Part shown: positions 59,268 through 64,000 of the stretch, one piece after another
How positions within the stretch are numbered: position 1 is the stretch's first letter
Layout of the letters: each line of letters begins with the position of its first letter
Source of the DNA: PVC group bacterium
GTDB lineage: Bacteria > Omnitrophota > Gorgyraeia > B26-G9
Length of the DNA: 64,000 bases
Direction of reading: 5' to 3'
Assembly: GCA_024231215.1 (NCBI GenBank)
Contig: JAAEQR010000072.1
Span: 129,210 to 193,209, forward strand
Position numbers and translations under genes: made by a program
The notes under the pieces: generated by a model
The model's database searches: none
What the model was told of the DNA's origin: nothing
Seen by the model: only the letters and a program-made list of their open reading frames with translations

Positions 59268-61142
59268 ATGTCAGAAACGATAATGTCTTTATTACAGGAT
59301 AAGTGTGGACAAGATAATTTCAAGAAATTAGCTGATCTTAATAATCCAGCTGTTTTAGAGTTTCTTGGTCAATATGTTGAATTATGCAATCCTGATTCAA
59401 TTTTTGTGAGAACTGATGCTGCTGAAGATATTGCTTATTTAAGAAATAGAGCAATTGAGTTAAGGGAAGAAACTTCTCTTAATATAGAAGGTCATACTTA
59501 TCACTTTGACGGAATGAAAGATCAGGCTAGAGACAAGGCGAACACTAAATTCTTAGCAACTGCGGATATGAAGTTTGGTGCCGGGATTAATACTACCGAA
59601 AGAGAAGCTGGTTTAGCAGAGGTTAAAGATATTTTAAAAGGTAGCATGACTGGTAAACAGATGTATGTAATGTTTATGTGTTTAGGACCGGTTAACTCTG
59701 AATTTTCTGTTTATGCGGTACAAATAACAGATTCTACTTATGTAGCACATTCCGAGGATATCCTTTATCGTCCGGCATATGAGGCTTTTAAGAGTAAAGG
59801 ACAAGCTATTGAGTTTTTTAAATATGTCCATTCTGCGGGAGAGCTCCAGAGCAATGTTAGTAAGAATGTGGATAAACGTAGAGTATATATGGATTTGATT
59901 GATGGTATTGTTTTTAGTACAAATACTCAGTATGCAGGAAATACGGTTGGTCTTAAGAAATTGTCTTTACGGTTGGCTATTCAGAAAGCTGACAAAGAAG
60001 GCTGGTTAGCAGAGCATATGTTTGTAATGAGAGTTAATGGGCCGCAAAACAGAGCTACATATTTTACCGGAGCATATCCTAGTTCATGCGGAAAAACTTC
60101 TACCTGTATGGTAAAAGGTGAAAACATTGTTGGCGATGATATTGCTTATTTAAGAAAAAGAGACGGTGTTGTCTATGCGGCAAATGTAGAGCGCGGAATT
60201 TTTGGTATTATCAAAGATGTAAATCCTGATGATGATCCTTTGATCTGGGAACTTCTTAATACTCCGGGTGAAGTTATCCGGTCAAATATCTTAATTAAAG
60301 ATGGCGAGGGGTATTGGCTGGGAAGTGGACAGGATGTGCCGGAAAGCGGAATTAATTATTCAGGAGAATGGCAAAAAGGCAAGACAGATGAAAATGGTAA
60401 GCCGATAAGCTTTGCTCATAATAATGCCCGTTATACAATTCCAATAGCACCATTGAAAAATTGTGACCCAGCTTTGGAAGATCCGAAAGGTGTTCCAGTT
60501 GACGGTATTATTTATGGCGGACGTGATTCAGATACTTGGCCTCCGGTTTTTCAGACTTTGGATTGGGCGCATGGAGTTGTTACAACAGCATGCTCTTTAG
60601 AATCTGAAACTACTGCGGCAACTTTAGGCCAGCAGGGGGTTAGAGTATTCAATCTTATGGCTAACATTGATTTTCTTTCTATTCCAGTTGGTAAATATAT
60701 CCAAAATCATTTAGGCTTTACTGATGATTTAAAGAAAAAGCCGCTTATTTTTGGAGCTAATTACTTTTTGAAAGACAGCGAAGGTAATTATTTAACCGAT
60801 AAGCAAGATAAAAGAGTTTGGCTTAAATGGATGGAGCTTAAGGTTCATGGTGATGTTGAAACTATAGAAACTCCAATAGGTTTATTACCTAAATATGAAG
60901 ATATTAAAAAATTATTTAAAGATGTTATGGATAAAGATTACTCGGAAGAACGATATGTTAAGGAGTTTTCAATAAGAGTAAAAGAAAACATAGCTAAAAT
61001 AGATAGAATTGTTGAGGTCTATAAAACTAAAGTAACTGATACTCCGGCAATTTTGTTTGAGATTTTGGAGCAGCAAAAAGTTCGCCTTACTGAAGCTCAG
61101 GCAAAATTAGGGGATGTTATTGCTCCTTCACAATTTGTTTAA
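59268..61142 (+). CDS. pckG: phosphoenolpyruvate carboxykinase (GTP)
   Basis: YAGNTVGLKK, WLAEHM, AYPSSCGKTS, VGDDIAY, YGGRD. Confidence 0.93.
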   Translation: MSETIMSLLQDKCGQDNFKKLADLNNPAVLEFLGQYVELCNPDSIFVRTDAAEDIAYLRNRAIELREETSLNIEGHTYHFDGMKDQARDKANTKFLATADMKFGAGINTTEREAGLAEVKDILKGSMTGKQMYVMFMCLGPVNSEFSVYAVQITDSTYVAHSEDILYRPAYEAFKSKGQAIEFFKYVHSAGELQSNVSKNVDKRRVYMDLIDGIVFSTNTQYAGNTVGLKKLSLRLAIQKADKEGWLAEHMFVMRVNGPQNRATYFTGAYPSSCGKTSTCMVKGENIVGDDIAYLRKRDGVVYAANVERGIFGIIKDVNPDDDPLIWELLNTPGEVIRSNILIKDGEGYWLGSGQDVPESGINYSGEWQKGKTDENGKPISFAHNNARYTIPIAPLKNCDPALEDPKGVPVDGIIYGGRDSDTWPPVFQTLDWAHGVVTTACSLESETTAATLGQQGVRVFNLMANIDFLSIPVGKYIQNHLGFTDDLKKKPLIFGANYFLKDSEGNYLTDKQDKRVWLKWMELKVHGDVETIETPIGLLPKYEDIKKLFKDVMDKDYSEERYVKEFSIRVKENIAKIDRIVEVYKTKVTDTPAILFEILEQQKVRLTEAQAKLGDVIAPSQFV

Positions 61143-61155
61143 AAATTAAGGGAGG

Positions 61156-62049
61156 ATGATTATGACTAATAATATAATTTCAACAATAGAATTACCGGGA
61201 ATTAAATTTTTCAAGCGGGGAAAAGTAAGAGAGATATATTACATAGATGATGATAAGCTGCTTATTATCTCATCGGATAGAATATCCTGTTTTGATGTAA
61301 TATTGCCTACACCAATTCCGGCTAAAGGGGAAGTATTGACCCAAATTTCCGGATTTTGGTTTGACTTTACTAAAGATATTATCGGAAATCATCTGATTAC
61401 TTCGGACGTGGATCAATATCCGGAACAGCTACAGCCGTTTAAAGATAAATTGCGTGGTCGGTCTATGCTGGTAAAAAAGACAGAGCCTTTACCGGTTGAG
61501 TGTGTTGTGAGAGGTTATCTGTCTGGATCCGGATGGAAAGATTATGGCAAGACACAGTTAGTGTGTGGGATAAAGCTTCCGGAAGGTTTAAAACAGTCTG
61601 ATAAATTGCCAGAGATTATATTTACTCCGTCGACTAAAGCAGATGTTGGCCATGATGAGAATGTAACTCAAGAATACATAGAAAACTTAATTGGTAAAGA
61701 AACAGCGGATCGTTTAAAAGAAGTAAGTATTGCTATTTATAAAAAAGCAAGTGATTATGCCCGGGAAAAAGGGATTATAATCGCGGATACAAAATTTGAG
61801 TTTGGTAAAATCGGTGATGATATTATCCTAATTGACGAGGTTCTTACGCCTGATTCTTCACGTTTCTGGCCAGAGTCAGAGTATGCTCCCGGCGGGGCAC
61901 AGCCAAGCTTTGATAAGCAGTTTGTAAGAGATTATCTGGAAACACTAGACTGGGATAAAACACCACCTGGGCCGGAATTACCACAGGAAATTACAGAAAA
62001 GACAACTCAAAAATATAAGCAGGCATTGGAAATAATTACTCAAAGCTAA
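61156..62049 (+). CDS. purC: SAICAR synthetase
   Basis: GKVREIY, ECVVRGYL, ADTKFEFG, DEVLTPDSSRFW, DKQFVRD. Confidence 0.97.
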   Translation: MIMTNNIISTIELPGIKFFKRGKVREIYYIDDDKLLIISSDRISCFDVILPTPIPAKGEVLTQISGFWFDFTKDIIGNHLITSDVDQYPEQLQPFKDKLRGRSMLVKKTEPLPVECVVRGYLSGSGWKDYGKTQLVCGIKLPEGLKQSDKLPEIIFTPSTKADVGHDENVTQEYIENLIGKETADRLKEVSIAIYKKASDYAREKGIIIADTKFEFGKIGDDIILIDEVLTPDSSRFWPESEYAPGGAQPSFDKQFVRDYLETLDWDKTPPGPELPQEITEKTTQKYKQALEIITQS

Positions 62050-62078
62050 ATATCCTGACATAATGTTGTGTTAAAATC

Positions 62079-62113
62079 AAAATACTACCGTTTTTTAACG
62101 GTAGTATTTTTTT
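62079..62113 (+). terminator. intrinsic terminator after purC
   Basis: AAAATACTACCGTT/AACGGTAGTATTTT stem + T-run. Confidence 0.85.
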
Positions 62114-62174
62114 ATGCAGGCATTTTGTGTTTAGTATGATATAATATAATACAAATTATAATCTTTAATAGGAG

Positions 62175-62519
62175 TTGCTGGAAGTGAGACATAAATTACG
62201 GGATAGATGTTGGGAATATATGCGTTGTGGGGAGGAGAAGGCATGTCCGGCCTATCCGGATCATGGCGAAGAATGCTGGTTTCATGCGGGAACGATGAGC
62301 ACCTCAACTGCAGAAAGAAGGTTGGATTTTATACGCAAACGCGCTATGGAAGAAGGAAAAGACATGGATTCTCCGGATTTAATGTATCTTCAACCAATGA
62401 AAAAAAAGAAACGGTGTAAATTTATAGAACGCTATGGAATGTGTCAGTGTTGTCCATATTACCAGTATATGGAGAGAATGAAAAGGCAAATGGGTGGCAG
62501 TAAAAATGTGCAATTTTAG
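62175..62519 (+). CDS. small Cys-rich two-CW domain protein
   Basis: CWEYMRCG...CPAY...CWFHAGT...C...CQCCPYY; start may be GTG 62184. Confidence 0.75.
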   Translation: MLEVRHKLRDRCWEYMRCGEEKACPAYPDHGEECWFHAGTMSTSTAERRLDFIRKRAMEEGKDMDSPDLMYLQPMKKKKRCKFIERYGMCQCCPYYQYMERMKRQMGGSKNVQF

Positions 62520-63073
62520 TTAAAGATTCGCAGGATGTTTTTCAGTTTATCTAAAGGTAATCCTACCACGTTGTAATAATCTCCTACTATTTTTTTTACT
62601 AGTATATCATTACTGTCTTGAACCGCATATGCGCCGGCTTTATCATGATTTTTTTGTGCCAGCATAGTTATTTGGGAAGAAGTAAGTTTGCGGGCAAATA
62701 TGGTAGATTTATCGATATCCACTATTCTTTTACCGGTTTTTGCATTGACTACTGCGATTGCTGTATATACATGGTGTACTGTGTTACTTAACGTAGATAA
62801 GATGTGTTTTGCATCAGCATGATTTTTAGGCTTGCCGAAAATTTTGTTTTGGAATACGACAATAGTGTCTGCTCCGATAACCAGCCCTTGTTTAAGATTT
62901 TTGGCGACTGCTTCTGCTTTAGCTAAGGCGAGTAGGAGGGCATATTGTGCTGGCGAATGATGATTTTTTAAGGACTCAGATATGTTGCTGGGGATTACTT
63001 TGCAGGTAATCCCCAGTTTTTTTAGTAATTGTATTCTTCTTGGAGAACGCGATGCTAAGATTACTGTTTTCAC
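62516..63073 (-). CDS. maf: Maf nucleotide pyrophosphatase
   Basis: ILASRSPRR, IGADTIV, GKP, DKAGAYAVQ, NVVGLP. Confidence 0.95.
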   Translation of the reverse strand: MKTVILASRSPRRIQLLKKLGITCKVIPSNISESLKNHHSPAQYALLLALAKAEAVAKNLKQGLVIGADTIVVFQNKIFGKPKNHADAKHILSTLSNTVHHVYTAIAVVNAKTGKRIVDIDKSTIFARKLTSSQITMLAQKNHDKAGAYAVQDSNDILVKKIVGDYYNVVGLPLDKLKNILRIFN

Positions 63074-63999
63074 GGGAGTTTGTTTTTCTCCTCATAGCTG
63101 ACTGGATTAGCTGTCTGTTTTAGTTTTTCAAACCACTTATTTAGATATTCATTACGTTTTTTAGCTAGTATTTTTTCCCGGTATTTTTCTTTTTCAGTTT
63201 CGAATAATGCTTCATCAATAGGGGTAATTGTTTTTAAACTTAAGATACAAAAGCCACGGGAAGTATTAACAAGTTCGGAAACTTTCTGAGGAGGGAGGCT
63301 AAATGCTGTTTTAGTAAAATCCTCGGCAAATCCCAGCTCTTTAATGTATCCGTTTCGGGTGAAATTTTCTGCGGTTTTTAAATCGAGTTTTAGTTGTTTT
63401 GCTGCGTCTTCAAAACTTAAACTTTTGTTTTGCATCGAATCTTTCAGGTTTTTCAGAATTTCTCCAGCTTCTTTTTCCGCTAAAACTTTAGATTCTGTTT
63501 GTTGATATGCTTGCTTGACCTGATCTTTGACAACAGAATATTCGGCAACATATGGCTCTATTTTTTTAATTGGTTTTAAAATATAATAAGCACTGGGAGA
63601 TTTTATTATCTCGCTTATATCTCCTGTTTGCAGAGAAAAAGCAGTTTTTAAAAACTGGAAGTTTAATCCTATGCCGGGAATTTCTTTGGCCATGGAAAAA
63701 GGGCCGGTTTGTTGAACAGTTAATCCGTTTTGCTGCGCTGCTTTGCCAAGATTGGCATCAGCATAAAGTGCATGCAATATCTTACGGGCTTTTTCAGAGG
63801 CAAGATTATTCATCTCTTTTTCTACTAACTTATTTTTTATCGAATCTTTTACCTCTGCCAACAGTTTGTATTTTGTTTTTGGTTCTTCTTTGGGCGTTTC
63901 GGCTGATTCATCATCTTTATCTTTTTTCTCTTCGGCGGCGATAACATAATCTTCTTTATTATTTTCATAATATCTGTCTATGCGTTCGTCATTTATTAC
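63070..63999 (-). CDS. PpiD/SurA-like peptidyl-prolyl isomerase chaperone (5' partial)
   Basis: Frame open to window edge (...IDRYYENNKEDY...); two parvulin-like units F...AFSL..G..S. Confidence 0.8.
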   Translation of the reverse strand, partial: VINDERIDRYYENNKEDYVIAAEEKKDKDDESAETPKEEPKTKYKLLAEVKDSIKNKLVEKEMNNLASEKARKILHALYADANLGKAAQQNGLTVQQTGPFSMAKEIPGIGLNFQFLKTAFSLQTGDISEIIKSPSAYYILKPIKKIEPYVAEYSVVKDQVKQAYQQTESKVLAEKEAGEILKNLKDSMQNKSLSFEDAAKQLKLDLKTAENFTRNGYIKELGFAEDFTKTAFSLPPQKVSELVNTSRGFCILSLKTITPIDEALFETEKEKYREKILAKKRNEYLNKWFEKLKQTANPVSYEEKNKLP

Positions 64000-64000
64000 A

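Noticed and set aside
818-63944. Numerous 60-190 aa antisense or alternate-frame ORFs in the track
   Set aside because: Nested in well-supported genes with no motifs; typical shadow ORFs

Overview
Low-GC bacterial chromosome segment, almost entirely + strand and mostly housekeeping: pcm, priA, fmt, galT x2, gap, pgi, lexA, hemW, smpB-ssrA, murI-queDCEF, fumarase, rph-rdgB-msbA, rpsB-tsf-pyrH-frr, nagA-glmS, pckG, purC and five tRNAs. Gene content suggests a PVC-group organism such as Ca. Omnitrophota (inference, not verified). No integrase, transposase, phage or CRISPR was seen. Most interesting: (1) three signal-peptide proteins sharing an N-terminal LIQ...L(A/S)P motif and a C-terminal E(Q/H)(A/S)I tetrapeptide but carrying unrelated cargo (permuted GGDEF, HAD+HD, unknown), a candidate secreted-effector family; (2) a ~13.6 kb MerR/ExeA/double-secretin/coiled-coil-TPR envelope cluster; (3) a ~150 bp element behind two different tRNAs whose ends co-vary with the host tRNA; (4) two tandem paralogous structured RNAs with a CCCCUACUUCCCCC loop; (5) a tmRNA with an apparent 37-codon tag ending VALR; (6) a CCACAC-N4-GTGTGG palindrome in the lexA promoter, a candidate new SOS box.
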